A stretch of DNA of 61,549 nucleotides, counting the filler, from Sphacelaria rigidula (lineage: Eukaryota): the NCBI GenBank assembly GCA_964200075.2. It is 10 parts of 10 records of this genome, joined end to end, with 100 filler letters (N's around TTAATTAATTAA, not from the genome) between each part and the next. Parts side by side here need not be neighbours in the genome. Positions count along the whole stretch, not along the records: positions 24,663 to 30,727 come from CAXNAA020022472.1; positions 30,828 to 36,892 come from CAXNAA020022473.1; positions 36,993 to 43,057 come from CAXNAA020022474.1; 7 more parts are not named here. One strand, written 5' to 3'. The position numbers and the translations under genes are program-made. The notes under the pieces are model-generated. The model was not told the DNA's origin. It worked only from the letters and a program-made list of their open reading frames with translations, and made no database searches. Of the stretch, positions 25,418-38,280 are shown in pieces; position 1 is the first letter of the stretch, and each line of letters opens with the position of its first letter.

Positions 25418-28150
25418 ATGGCCGAGGAAAGTAGAACGAATGTGTCGCTGGAAGAGCAAACTGGTGAAAACAGCAATCAGCTCAACGATGTTGCTGAGAA
25501 GACCGAGCTGCTCTCAGCGCAGTTAGACACGATCACCAGGCTTCTCGAGAAACTGACGGCTGAAAGAGGACAGGAGTCCCCGGCAGCAGCTCACGTTAAC
25601 GGTGGAGATACCAGGAGGGCGTCTGGCGCTGTAACCGTGGGTGCTGGTGCGGGTAATGGCGAGAGAAGTGGTACAGCGGTGGCTGACGACTACTTGTACA
25701 GTAGCAGGGAAGGTGAGACTTTGACTTCGACATGGAGCGCAGATCGCATAAAGTGCCCGATGTTCAGCGTTGGTGTCGAAGACTGCAGCAACTGGGCAAA
25801 TGATATCCCGCAGCTGCTGAGCAGGAACAGGGGGCGCAGATATGCACTGCTGAGAGATGATATCACAGTCGAGCCGCTCGACATGCCGCATCTCATTAAA
25901 ACATTCAGCATGGTCGAGATCAATCATGCTCAGGAAGTGTTCGCGGTTCTCTTCTGCAACGTTGCGACACGGGCCGTGAAGAACGTCATTTTCACAGCAG
26001 GTGGACCGAGTGCAGCCTGGAGAAAAACTGCGAGAATGGTTCGAGCCTCAGACTACCCAAGCAGTAAATCAACGGCTGAAGAAGTACAACAGCAGATCCC
26101 TGGGCTCGCGTGAGAACCCAATCGAGCTAATTACCGACATTAAGGCCATGAAGCCCAAGATTCGGGTGCTGTCTCAGAGCCATTCGTCCAGCCAGGAAGC
26201 TGCTGACATCTGTATTATCGCGGCCGTGGCATCAAATATAGATAACGAGATTGAGACCCGCACGATGGGTTACGACGGTACTATCACTCGTGCAGCGTTG
26301 GTACCTACCATCGCGTCTTGTTACAGTCAACTGCAGGAGATTGCAGGGGGCAGAAAAAGTGGAGGCAGAGGCGGCGAAGAAGGTTGCTGTATCATCGAAG
26401 GCCCTTCTTGCTGCGAACAACGGACGGAAAGGTGGCGGGAAGAGCAAAGTTGAATGCTGGGCTTGTGGTGAGGTCGGTCATGTAAGATCTCGGTGCAAAG
26501 CTGTATGTACGACTTGCGAAGAAAAGCGCCACAGCGCTAAGAAGTGCCGATCATCGAGAAAAGTGGAAAATAGTGGAGACGGGGAAAAGAAGGGGGAGGT
26601 TGCCTGCCTCAGCACTATGGAAATTGGTGGTGATACCGGTCAACACAACGGGATGGATCCTACTGCTAGCACTTTAGTATCGAAGCATCCCACTGATAGC
26701 ACCTCCTCGGTCGCGTCTTAGCTGCACTATACCGCTACTACAAATCAAATACTTCGAAATATTTGGTTATTATGAGGGCTCGCCCATGTCTGAGTTGGGA
26801 GCTAGGTGTGATCCCTGTTGGAGGTGACATATTTTGGGCGAATCGATCATTGGCGAGGAGATATTCCTGGCCGTCGAAGGCGTGTTTGACGGCTAAGGAA
26901 ACCCACTCATGTTTGGGTTGAGGTTTTCAAGGGACATGGACATGCGCGAATTACCTCGGATGAGGAAACGAAAGGAGCAGTGGACACACGGTTGGGGGAG
27001 ATGGTGGGACTTGGCCTGGTGCGCACAGGGGCTGCTGATCAGTTGTCTGACGAAGGCTTGACTCCAATCATCGCATGGTGCCGAAAAGGTGGAGTCATTT
27101 TTATGTAGCCCCAGGAGTAGGTTGTGACATTGTTCTCACAGGTAGAGACGGATCCAAAATTGGGAAGTTCACAAAACTACAGGCAGTCAGCGTGAGGGCC
27201 AATTGAAAATGTCCCTGAGACTTGTGTATCATGTGATGATACATGATGTCTCTTAAGAGTAAGAAGGTGGGATGCTGTCACTCGATGCTTGATCAGAGAA
27301 AAACCCACACTCGAGTAAGAGGGTAATGAAATGTCAAACTGCCATTTGAGTGTAGGTCAGGCAAAGTAATGTTCGGGATCAGTTCAGTCTACAACGTGAA
27401 TTTCTTCAAAAAGAGTTGAACTGTGCCAGGAAAATCCAAGCTTGAGTGGAAGCTTTAGTGAAGTAATCGGGTGATGCTATCACATGTAGATGGGTATGTT
27501 TGGCAAAAATGCTCCTCAGAGAATAGACTACGCTGTGCGTGAGTTGAAATATAAGAAACGCTTGTCAAAACGGGGCTCACATTCGAGACAGGGCGTGGTG
27601 GGGTGCAATACTGTACTGCCATTTTTAAGGGTTGGTGACACAGAAGAGGGCGTGCATGCAATATGCACAGCCCCATGGCAAATTGTTCGTTTTTAGTCAC
27701 GAAGTACACACTTGAAGCTGCATGCCGTGTAAACTGACCGTGGGCGCAGCTTGTTCGGAGACATATGTTCTTACTACTGCATATTATAATGATCTTCCCA
27801 GATGGGCTATAATACGGGCAGGTGCTGTCCCTGTGCCCAGACATTTGGATTTTTATATCTTAAATGATCTTTAGAAGGAGAGAGCGACTGTGTACTATGG
27901 TAGGTATGATCGTTTTTGAGGATGGAATACTCGATCATTGTTTCGAGTTTGTTATCAGAGCTGGGAGGAACAACTAAATGATTTCCTAACCTGACCAAGC
28001 ATATTATGATGCTGGGATATAAACTGAGGATGTTCGAGCAGGGAGCAAGAAGGTGACAATGAGAAGATACTGGTATCAGATTGTTTTCATTCCCACTCTA
28101 TATGCAGAGATAAAATATTGTGGTGTACATTTGTGGACTGTGCGACGCAC
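25418..28150 (+). mobile_element. Degenerate Ty1/Copia internal region (gag, zinc knuckles, remnants of PR/IN/RT)
   Basis: UBN2-like gag (GPSAAWRK / LREWFEPQT...ENPIELI). CCHC knuckle CWACGEVGHVRSRC at 26455-26496, plus CTTCEEKRHSAKKC. RVT_2-like KKRLSKRGSHSRQGV near 27550-27600. Many stops and frameshifts. Confidence 0.75.
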
Positions 28151-28339
28151 GGTATTTGCAGGTGACATATGTCGGAAGCCTGTTCGCAAGGTTTCTGTGC
28201 GAGTTGCTTTATTGGAAATATAGGAATGTTACAGAAAACACTAGACGAAAGTAGAACTTCACCGTGGATTGTGGAGGAATTGACAGCGATGAATTCGGTC
28301 TTTACATATTTTTTATTGTTTCCATATCGATCGTGGTTA

Positions 28340-28637
28340 ATAGCGTTTCCGTGAAATTGAGAGTAGAGGATACGATTGAGAGTGAAAAGCGGTCGATTAG
28401 TGAATGAATCGTTTCAGTTCCGAAATGCCTTTCCACGAGGTCCAATATGCTTCCTGCAGTAGCTTGTCACCGAGGCTCTTGATATTCTTCAGTAGGATAT
28501 CGACGTGTAGCTGCGAGCTCACGCAGGTCATAAAGGCAAAGAAAAACACACACGGAATGAGAAATTGGCCAAGTTAAAGCGAGTGATCCAAGCCACTCTC
28601 AATCAGCGCTCTACTCTCAACTTCAGGAAATCGTTGT
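28340..28637. mobile_element. MITE family E, copy 2
   Basis: Colinear with 24903-25190, with inverted GAGAGTAGAG/CTCTACTCTC ends. Confidence 0.7.
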
Positions 28638-30240
28638 CGGTTACGTTTATTAGCACAACGATTTCATGTGGAAGGATGTTGATAGTTTGATAAATCAATT
28701 CAAAATGCTCAAGTATAGTCACTGTCGTTATAGTTCTGAAGTATAAGTGCACACGATGCCATTCGGTTCCCCCCTGTAAATCCTCTATCGCGATTTTTAT
28801 CCTCTCGAGGGTAAAGTGACCCTCTGGAGGATGAAAATACCCTCGAGAGGGTATTTCATACTCAGTTCCGGTCATAAAACGAATCCTCGGGATGACATCT
28901 GATGCTCCAGTGACTTCTGAGGTCTGAATCCCTTCAGAGTACCAAAACTATGGTGCTCTGGAGCACGTGGGTTTCGTGAAGGAGGGACCGACTATGGCGT
29001 CTAGGGCATTTGTCGTGATCTGACCACGAGATGATAAGGGTGTCACTCTTACGGAACGTACCAGGCCAGGGGTTGCACCGAGCAAGCAGCTGGCCGCAAT
29101 GAATATTTGCAGTCGTGTGGAGTGACTCTCCAGCTCGTGGCCGACAGACCCTTGAGTCCGAACCAGAACTGCATCATAAGGTACACCATAGACTCGCTCT
29201 CACGTGCAGAGAAGTGCTCTTGACTTGCTTGCAAGCGAGATATCTCCAAGTGGTGGCTGATAGCTTTGTTATTAGGCTTGCTAGGTAGCTAAAACGATGT
29301 GATGGGCTAGGGGCCCGGGTGGAGCACGTCAAATTGGAACATAACACCAAGATGCGAATGGAATCAAACCTACTGCACATACCGCGCGCACATCGAAACG
29401 CCTAGTACATATACAGCATATATCCGCCGTAACATCCCCTTCCCTTGCTTTGTGCCCGCTGCCCATGCAAGACGAGGAAATTCACAGATCAATTCACTGC
29501 GGGGGTGATTCACTCAAGTCTCTATGCCATCAGTCTAATATCACGTCAACGACGAGAATACCGCGGAATTTCGGGGCTAGAGATGACCGCGGGAAAAACT
29601 CGTAATGGAATCAAAAATATGGGCAAAACCTGATATTCAGAGGGGGGAAAAGCCTCGTCGTTTGGGGAAAAAAATCTCTCACGCCCTTCCGGATTATAGC
29701 GAGTGCTTTCGCGTGTGCTATGTCGTCCCGGGATCCCAGTTACACTCAGTTACACTGGAACATAAACCACCGAGAATAGTCGGTGACTATTTTGCGATGG
29801 TAACGGCGCTGCGACACCCCTGATTGGTTACACCAATCCTAGGTAGTGTAGGACTCACAAAATAAGGCTGACCCACTAAAAATAACAGCAAGAAAGCGTT
29901 CACTGGTTGATGGGAGTGCGTAGGCTTTTCTCTCACCGACCAGTACCCGCTAACCTGCTGGACACTGGGGGACTACATCATACATCAACAGTTCAGTCAC
30001 GATACAGTGTCCCAGCAGGTACTCGGTGCCCACCCTATTGTGCAATGCTGACGCATGAAAAATTCTACACGGGAAGGGTGGGGCGCCCTAGAGTCGGATC
30101 AGCGTTCCTCGAGGATGAAGAAACGTGAGAAATGACGGGATACCTGAAACAAACGGTGAGATTAGGTCTAACAAAACCAAGAGAACAAAATAAATAATCT
30201 TCATCAAATGCAAGATTGGAAAAAAAAAAAAGAGGAGCAA

Positions 30241-30412
30241 GATCGACCCCGCAAAAACGCGTGGGAAGGAAAAGCAAAACCGAAAAATAGTGCTAGAGGA
30301 ACGAACCAGGTCCACAAGAACAAAGAGTGGAGGATGATCGACCCCGCGAAAACGTGGAAAGGAAAAGAAAAATCGAAACATAGTGCTAGAGGAACGAACC
30401 AGGCCCACAAAA
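30241..30412 (+). repeat. Two ~75-bp direct repeats (period ~95 bp) in purine-rich sequence
   Basis: GATCGACCCCGC...TAGTGCTAGAGGAACGAACCAGG occurs at 30241 and 30336. Confidence 0.85.
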
Positions 30413-31691
30413 AGGGGGAAAGGGGGAAAGAAAAACGACACATGAAACAATACTAGAAACAGCATCCAAGGTCCATAATACGGGGGGGGAAACATGAAAC
30501 ATGAAAAACAAGTAAAAATGAAATATGAAAACAAACAAAAATACAATTGAGAGGGACTGACACGAGAGAAAGGATCTGGTCCTACGAAATTAAGAGAAAC
30601 CGAAACGGAAGAGGAAAGAATAACAAAGGGAATCCCGACCAGGAAACCCGACAGAGGAAAAAAAAAAAAAAAGACGGCCAAAGGGACAAGATCAAAAACG
30701 AAAAAAAAAGGAAAGAAACACGAGGAGNNNNNNNNNNNNNNNNNNNNNNNNNNNNNNNNNNNNNNNNNNNNTTAATTAATTAANNNNNNNNNNNNNNNNN
30801 NNNNNNNNNNNNNNNNNNNNNNNNNNNGGCGCCTGCCCACTTACACCTCGACCTGCCAGCGGGGTCTACACAAACCAACGTCGGCCGGCTCCTACCGACG
30901 CTCGGCCACCCCCCGCGGACCCTCGATCGAACGAGTCCCTCCCAACTGTCACCAGTGCCCGTCCACTTCCTTCTCGGCCACCTCTCGCCGGCGTTCGACC
31001 GCCCCCTCCCGACGCTCGACCGAACGAGTCTTCGCTAATTATCATCGGCGCCTGCCCAACCACACCTCAGTCGCGTCCCGCCAGCCCTGGCCCGAATGGA
31101 TATACACCGCCTGCCAACGGCGTCGACCCAACGCCTATACTCGAGCGCCTCCCGCAGGCGGTCGCCAAGACGAGTCTTCACAGTTTGCCGCCGACGCACT
31201 TCTGCTCGTTTCTCGGGGTGATGTATCTTGACGAAGAGCCGGTCTTGCCGTCCCGGCAGACCACACAGCCGGCACAGGCACTAGCTGTGTTGGCGCGACG
31301 GCTGCAGCTGGAGCAGCCGTGCGCGACGACAATGGTCACGACCTTGCAGCTGCACACGCAAGTGCGGCCGCCAGCTGACGAGTTGGCGGAAGTTTTATTT
31401 TTTATTGTCGAGGATGTCCATGAGCGATTAATCGCGTAATGTGCAGCAGAAGCACGGTTGGTGCTGCTCATGGTTGCTCGCTAGGTCAGCCCGGAACGTA
31501 GTTTCCGCACCTGCACCTGCTGTGTGCCGACCTTCTACAGGTCCAGCAACCAGCCCGTTTAGCGCAGGCTGCGCAGAGGAGAGTGATGCTCATGGTAGTG
31601 GTGCTAAGGTAGTGCACAAATATTTCCTGAGGTTGGAATTGTTGGAGGCCCTCTATCTTATCCAAGACACGACTTATGAGAAATGTGAGAG

Positions 31692-31925
31692 TGTGTTGTT
31701 GTGTGTTGTCGTCCCATCTATTCTGAACGCTGGTCTACGCCATTCGATATATGTGGGCGCACCAGCCGGGGTCACACAGGAGGAAGGTCACCACAGGAGC
31801 TATTATTTATTTATTTGTTCTTAATACCCCACCTTCCTTCTGCGGCGCTTGCCTTTTTTTTCAACAGCGAGAGGGGTTCAGCAGCTCCCTTCCCTCGTCG
31901 ACCGTTAAGTCGAATTTTGTGTACC
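31692..31925 (-). mobile_element. Family A repeat copy
   Basis: Colinear with 621-853. Confidence 0.75.
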
Positions 31926-32002
31926 CACGACATAGTCAATCTCCAATGTTGGGCATGGTATGAGAAGCAAAGAGTACGCCAGGATTACTATTCCAATGTG
32001 CT

Positions 32003-32132
32003 AGGGATATTCCGAATGAATTCACAAACGGGGATGCCCTGACCCCATAATCTTGCGCATGTAGACTCGTTAGGAGCCCCTGAACCAGACAATATTCAGC
32101 GCAAAAAGTGCACTCCTACCGTGGCATTGCTC
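32003..32132 (-). mobile_element. Terminal fragment of MITE family F
   Basis: Reverse complement of ~60454-60585. Ends CTACCGTGGCATTGCTC, as does 22820-22864. Confidence 0.7.
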
Positions 32133-32263
32133 AGGATATAGCAAACGGCTGTATCCTCGTGAAGCTGCGTACACTACAGGCTGGTTCACGCGAATCACCC
32201 AAAATTGTGTCATCAGCAAATGCCTTTCGCAATACCCACCCAATAGTCGCATACATGATACAG

Positions 32264-33170
32264 TAGTAGTCAGCGTCAGAAGTATGCAGAACCCGTGGTT
32301 TCTTAGTTTCTCAAAGATTGTCTAAATTTGTTTTGCTTGCCACCACTCATCACAGTGACTGTTGGATGCCAAAAAATGGGCATTCGGAGATATTTTTACC
32401 TCTTGACAATTATGGAAAGAAAAAATATCTGCGATCAATAATGAGTGACTTACGGGCTTGGCCGATCTTCGGGGATCCTGCAAAATACAACCGCAGTCTC
32501 TAGCTTTTCGGTATTTCAGTGGACCGACTCGATCGGATCATATTAATGAAGACTCAAAAAAGACTGCTATTTTTCAATTCCACCTAGTCGCTGCGCCAAG
32601 GCAGGAAAACTATGTTTCTTGGTGGACTACTTACGGTCAATGAAACCCTCCTGATAAACGGGGTCTTTATCCGGTATCGCCCCCACGACACCAACTTGGG
32701 CGATGGTGATTTGAGCACGGTTTGCTTATTTTGCCAAAACTATCGACGTTAGCACTTCCGAGTGCTCATGGAAAATGTTATGCGAAAACCCCCCGAAAAT
32801 AGGCCATCCGCAGAAAAAGCTAGACTGAGGCCTGTGCAGTATAGGAGGGAAACACGATCTCGATCGTTGTTGTGAAGAATTTTATATGTATTCGTCTATC
32901 TGAATATTTACCGTCTCGTCGCTGAAGAGCGGGAAAACTGCTTATAGTGGACCAAAAACGGTCAATAGCACCCTCCTTATAAACGGGGTATCAAGTCCGT
33001 ATCGCCCCAAAAACACCAACTTAAGCACTGCAGTTTGAGCGCGGCCTACGCTTTCTCCCTAAATCTACCGGCGCTAGCACTTTCAAGTAGTATAGTGAAG
33101 AACAGCACTCCAGAAATACTCAAAAAATGGAACAACTACAAATTCTGAAAACTTCTGATGCTGACTACTA
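32264..33170. mobile_element. ~900-bp non-autonomous TIR element with an internal ~150-bp direct repeat
   Basis: TAGTAGTCAGCGTCAGAAGT (32264) and ACTTCTGATGCTGACTACTA (33151-33170) are inverted with 1 mismatch. Internal repeat ~32633-32790 vs ~32958-33100. Confidence 0.75.
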
Positions 33171-33889
33171 TGTTATACTGACCGCCATGGACAGTTGAAG
33201 AGCGTGACAGAGCCGGATTTTCGTGTAAGGACGTAGTGGTAGCGCTAAGTGCGAAATTGTATATTGACCAATCAGCGCCCGTCACATTGTTCCGAGATCG
33301 AAATTACGAGTTCCAAGTCCGATTTTCAACCATCCTCTTTATGCTTCAAATCGTTGTAACTCTCACCGGCTCGAGAATCCAACGAAAAAAACACATTTGA
33401 AAATGGTTACTACGGGGTCGAAGTATACCCCGAACCGTCATGTTTCGGTAATGTTGGGTGTCTGCGTTGTCTAATTTCCACTTATGATTCGCACGAAAGA
33501 CCCAGGGAGCCTCGTGACGGTGTCCCCTATATCTGTTGTATAAAAGCTCTGATCGCCCTCACACTTGGCAGTTCCGTAGGTATTGATGCTTTGTATGGAA
33601 AAATTGTATGCTTGACAATATTTCATGGTTTCTCCGTTTTCTACCGGCTTCCGGGGGTACCAGTATGAGGACCCCCGAAAGGCGGTACAAAATGCCCTGG
33701 AGTAAAAATTAAAATTAAATGATGCGTCCCGGGATAGTCCAAGGAAGACATGTACAAAGTTTGGTGGAGATAATCGAAAACCTACAACAGTTTTTCTTGC
33801 CCTGACGTAAACTTCACCCCAAAAGACGTTTCCATACTAAAACCAAGTAGTTAGGAGTTGCACGTTTCAAGCCTATGCCCTCCACAAAC

Positions 33890-34490
33890 GCGCAAACCTT
33901 CACGCCGTTATTAGAAATTACATCGTGAAACTTTGCACAAAAATGTCATGTATCATCATCACGCAACTTTTTACAAACGATGCTTTTTTTACTTCTCGAG
34001 TTTTTCACCGTATTTCGGGGGTCCGACGGGATCCAAGTCGATTTTCGAAGTAGTCTCCATTCCGGGACACCGGAAAACCGGCACTACGATATTTTTTCTT
34101 TATTTTTTCGTGAACGAGCTGTCGCTGCATAACCCAAGGAAGGGCTCCACAAAATTTCGTCGCAAAACTCGGTCAACTGATGCTTCAATTGTCATGTTCA
34201 CGTTGAAGAAGATCGGACAATGCCGGTTTGGTACAAAAATGAAGTAGTTTGCGGTTTCACCGCGGCACGTCAAAGTTCATCGCACAAAAGCGAAAAACCT
34301 CACGCCGCTCCGAGGAGTTAGTTAGACCCTGGAATTTTGCACAACTGTGCTATGGATCACTACACAACTTTTAATGAACGAGGTTCTTGGAGTATTTTTT
34401 TCTTCACCGTTTTCCGGGGGTCCGATTGGATCAATGTTTCCCGGAAAAACTGGGACCCCCGAAAAACGGTGAAAAGGTGAAAAAATCGAA
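33890..34490 (+). repeat. Diverged ~400-bp-period tandem repeat, probably transposon subterminal
   Basis: CACGCCG...TTTGCACAA...CAACTTTT...TTCACCGT.TT.CGGGGGTCCGA blocks at ~33900 and ~34300. Confidence 0.55.
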
Positions 34491-36107
34491 GAACCTCGAC
34501 CTTCGAAAGTTGCGGAATGCCCCATTGAACATCTGCGCACAATTTCAGGGTCTACCTCCTTGAAACGGCGTGAGAGGTTTTGCCAATGAGTGTTTTTTGG
34601 GTGATAAGCCTGAACCAGCCTGTATAATACAGTCTGTTGTTGTCGTACGGTATGGCACTGTACTGTCCATATCATACTCCACGGTGGTTGCCGGTCGGTA
34701 TAATGATGTGCGGTCGGTTTCAGAATTGAGTATCTGCACACTGCACACAGTATGTATGATAACTGCGTCAAAATGGTAGTGGCTACGAGCTGGGCCAGCT
34801 GTAGTAAAAAATCCCACATTTGCATGCCACACCATAACTTATCAGGTTTACCGAATCAGCCCGACATGAGTATATTGGTGTGACCTGCAGACCAACGCGG
34901 TCACGTACGGGACCGCCGCTGAGTGAAAAAAAAAGAAAACGCAATGTGTAATGTATCATCTAAACTCACGGAACGAAAAAAATCCTCCGGGATTCGAACT
35001 CGTGATCTCCAAACCCGGGGGCAACTGCATCACTTACTTGGATTGAACGAGCCCAGCCGTGCCACACGAAAAGTTCAATGCTGAGTCAAATTTCAGGAAA
35101 TTTTGGCCGAAGTTGTACCAGGATCCCCTCCACACAAGGACGCACAACTACACCTGGGATGCCCCGGTATTTCTTTATTTTCACGGGTTGATAATATAGC
35201 TTTTTTCTAGTTTTTGCAAAAACTTCAAATCGCTCCAACTTTCTGTTTTTTGTTTGATTTTTCTTGACATCCGCTGGAAGGTTGTGCGCAGTTGCAATAA
35301 TGATGATGAGGATATTGTGTCGAAATTTCAGCACCCAACGCTTGGGATTACCCACCGCCCGACCCGGATACACTGGCGAATCACTGTCAGCTGGCCCTGC
35401 TTAAGGCTACTGGTACTGTACGTATCTGTCCTGTCCATATCATACTCCATCCATGGTGGTTGCCGGTCGGTAATTATGTGCGGTCAGTTTCAGAATCGAG
35501 TCTCTGTAATCTGAACTCGTACACTGTACTCGTACAAAGCATAACAACTGCGTCAAAATGGTGAAGGCTGCTGGGAGGTCGGGCCGCCCCCTTGCGATTG
35601 ATTTTTGGCCGACACCTGCCAATACCAGGATTGCCGTTCGACCATCCCTGATGACCACAACCAGCACCACCAGAAATCATCGCCGTCTTTATTGCCATCG
35701 ACATCGATGGTCCAAAGCAGTATGCAATACGCCGATGACCAGACCTCGGGCCGTCCGGAGCGTCTACGCGGTTTGGCCCGAGCACCGATATTATTGTCCC
35801 GATTGTGCGGAGTAACGCGCCGAGGACAGTCGCTACAATTACAGCTTGGACCGTCACCCCAGCTGTCGATCCACTACACACCCAGCCACACTTCCATCCG
35901 CCCTCGAGCAAAGATCATACCAACCGCATCACAACATTAGCAAAAGCCTCGTAGGTAACTGCACAAGAGAAGCAGCAGCTGTCGATCGAATCCTGTGAGG
36001 TGCCCAGTAGAAATCAAACCGAGCAGTGACTTGCCGCGAGCCACGAGCGACTCCTGGGCAAGTGTTGAGATCTTCAAATCTTTGACGCGCTACCCAAGAT
36101 ATCGATC

Positions 36108-36302
36108 ATGAGCAACGACAACACTGTCACCAGCAACATCGAGGGAGGCGTTACGACAGCCGCCATGCACAATGTGAAGCCGATGGCGGAGAACGACCAA
36201 GCCGCCGTCGTGGGAAAGGGCGAGCAGCAGAGCCGGAAGCTCAAGGCCGGCCTTCTCCTTACCCTGGCGGCGGTGGTGACCTACGTAGTCTTGGATTACA
36301 CG
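36108..36302 (+). CDS. First exon of a TVP38/TMEM64 (SNARE-associated/DedA-family)-like membrane protein
   Basis: ATG start. Hydrophilic N-terminus, then a TM segment AGLLLTLAAVVTYVVLDYT. Phase-0 GTGCGT donor at 36303 joins in frame to 36841. The family call is inference from the TM + FLEW arrangement. Confidence 0.65.
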
Positions 36303-36840
36303 GTGCGTAGCGGTGATGATGCCAGTCTTAGGTCGTTGGGTGGCGATTGACTGCCGTATGCTTCGCCGGTGCATTGGTTCTTGCGTGACCGCCCCCCGTT
36401 CATGTCGTCGGTGCGGACTCCTGGAGTTGAAATGTTTGTTACATGACCATGATACCGAGCATGATAACCCTTCCACCCTGTATGTATGATACAAACCACC
36501 AGAGTTGCAGTTCGACAGCTCGATTTTTCAAACCGCGTAGTTACGGCAACACCGAGCATTGCTTGTGCTGGTCACGCACCCACTTCCAGCAGCAGACTGG
36601 GTTGTGTCTATCAATGTGTATCATGACGTGCGCTGCGCCGGTTGCTCGACCTGTCACAGTGGCCGACTACGTTCATTATCGTACAGTAGTATAATACTTG
36701 CGTCATATTTCAACCTCTTCCGACAAGCGCTGTAGACTGTACTGCCTGAGTTATTGTTGTTGTCAGTCACCCAGGTATTGACCTCCCTGACGTCTTTGCC
36801 CCCTGATCCACGCCGCCGCAATGAAACGCACAATAAACAG

Positions 36841-36892
36841 GTACCAGGACTAGGGTTTGTGGCCAACACACTGACCGCTTTCCTCGAGTGGG
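36841..36892 (+). CDS. Second exon (cut by contig end) of the same membrane protein
   Basis: AACAG acceptor with an upstream CTGAT branch-like motif. Encodes VPGLGFVANTLTAFLEW. Confidence 0.65.
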
Positions 36893-36992
36893 NNNNNNNN
36901 NNNNNNNNNNNNNNNNNNNNNNNNNNNNNNNNNNNNTTAATTAATTAANNNNNNNNNNNNNNNNNNNNNNNNNNNNNNNNNNNNNNNNNNNN

Positions 36993-37285
36993 CTGTGGAA
37001 ACACGCACGTTCATTACTCGGATTGGTTGATTCGTGACGCGAACTGTTTCGCATAAGAATCGACCACAAAGAAAACAGTTGTTCCGTTTGAAATCCAGAC
37101 GTTCCAAACGGAACAACTGTTTTCTTCGTGGTCGATTCTTATGCGAAACAGTTCGCGTCACTAATCAACCAATCCGAGTAATGAACGTGCGTGTTTCCAC
37201 AGCCTCCAATGTTGGTTGATTAGTGACGCGAACTGTTTCGCATAAGAATCGACCACAAAGAAAAAAGTTCTTCCGTTTGAAATCC
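36993..37285. repeat. Near-perfect 210-bp palindrome plus a third partial arm
   Basis: 36993-37090 is the reverse complement of ~37105-37202 with about 2 mismatches. 37212-37285 repeats part of the left arm directly. Confidence 0.95.
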
Positions 37286-37379
37286 TGACTCTGAATCTGA
37301 AACTACACTCTGAATCTCACGAATATAGTGTTTGATGTGAAACTCATCACTCGAGAGGCTTGCTGCAGTACGTCTTCGT

Positions 37380-38280
37380 CGGATAAGGTGTTGAAGTCGG
37401 AACTATCGTTCACTATCCTTGGATTGGACTGATTCTTGCAAAATCTTGGCGGTTGGGCCCTGTGATACCGTACCTGACGATAGTCCGGTATGCAAGAATC
37501 TGTTGTATTTCGACTTTCCCACGGGTGAACCTGGCGTCAAACCCAAAGACCGAGTTTCGATGCTTAATTGCAAGCCGTGTCTGCCTTCACATGCCACAAC
37601 TTACATGCCCAAACGATTGTCGATGGGGCTCAGTCAGTATGTGCTGACTAACTATACGGCCGAAGCTCCGCCGTGTCACATGATGGTCGAGGATTCCGAC
37701 GGACCTCTTGAGCGTGTGGTGGTGGATCGCATTCTGGGCCATCAATTACTCTGAGGTCGAGGAGGTAAAATAGCGATTATGTATCAGACATACTGGAAAG
37801 GTATCATGTGTGTTACGTGGGAAAGGAAAGTTGATTTGCGCCATTTCCGAATCGAAATACTGTTGTATTGGGTAGGAGGTGCTGTGCAACACCGTCTGTT
37901 GAACAAACGCTAAAGGTCCATGCGAAAGGGAGCAGCGGCTCGTGAGCTGGCACGGGAGTACTCCGCGCGGTTCGTCATCGTCGGCTATAGCCTTGTTTCT
38001 CGTTCGCAATACTTAGACTGTTTTCGTGAAAAGCACTTACCCCAAGGCGCGTATTTTTGATACAGTCAATGGATTCGCGGTGGTGGCTGGAAAATATTCA
38101 TTTGATTGCTCCTGCAGTGGACAATTCATACTTCATTTGTTTTCTCGATGACCCGTGTCCCCTGAAAATCCGCCGCAACGACAACTACTATACAGAGGTG
38201 CCAACAGCCCGCCGAGGATCTTGGTGCCTACAGCGACACGATAGCGCGGCATCGACAAAGCTGTCTGACGCAATCCAGAC
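37380..38280 (+). mobile_element. Degenerate Ty3/Gypsy pol 3' end: integrase C-terminus plus chromodomain-like region
   Basis: KLSxxW-GP-like LSLDWTDSCKILAVGP, then VVDRILGHQLL*GRGGKIAIMYQTYWKGIMCVTWE (chromodomain Y..WKG....TWE). A G-rich tract near 38283-38292 is followed by TG, a possible PPT and LTR start. Confidence 0.7.

Noticed and set aside
30828..31439. Pro-rich, GC-rich coding-like stretch at the contig start
   Set aside because: It needs a frameshift to be continuous and no family is recognised. It may be a gene or TE fragment but cannot be supported.
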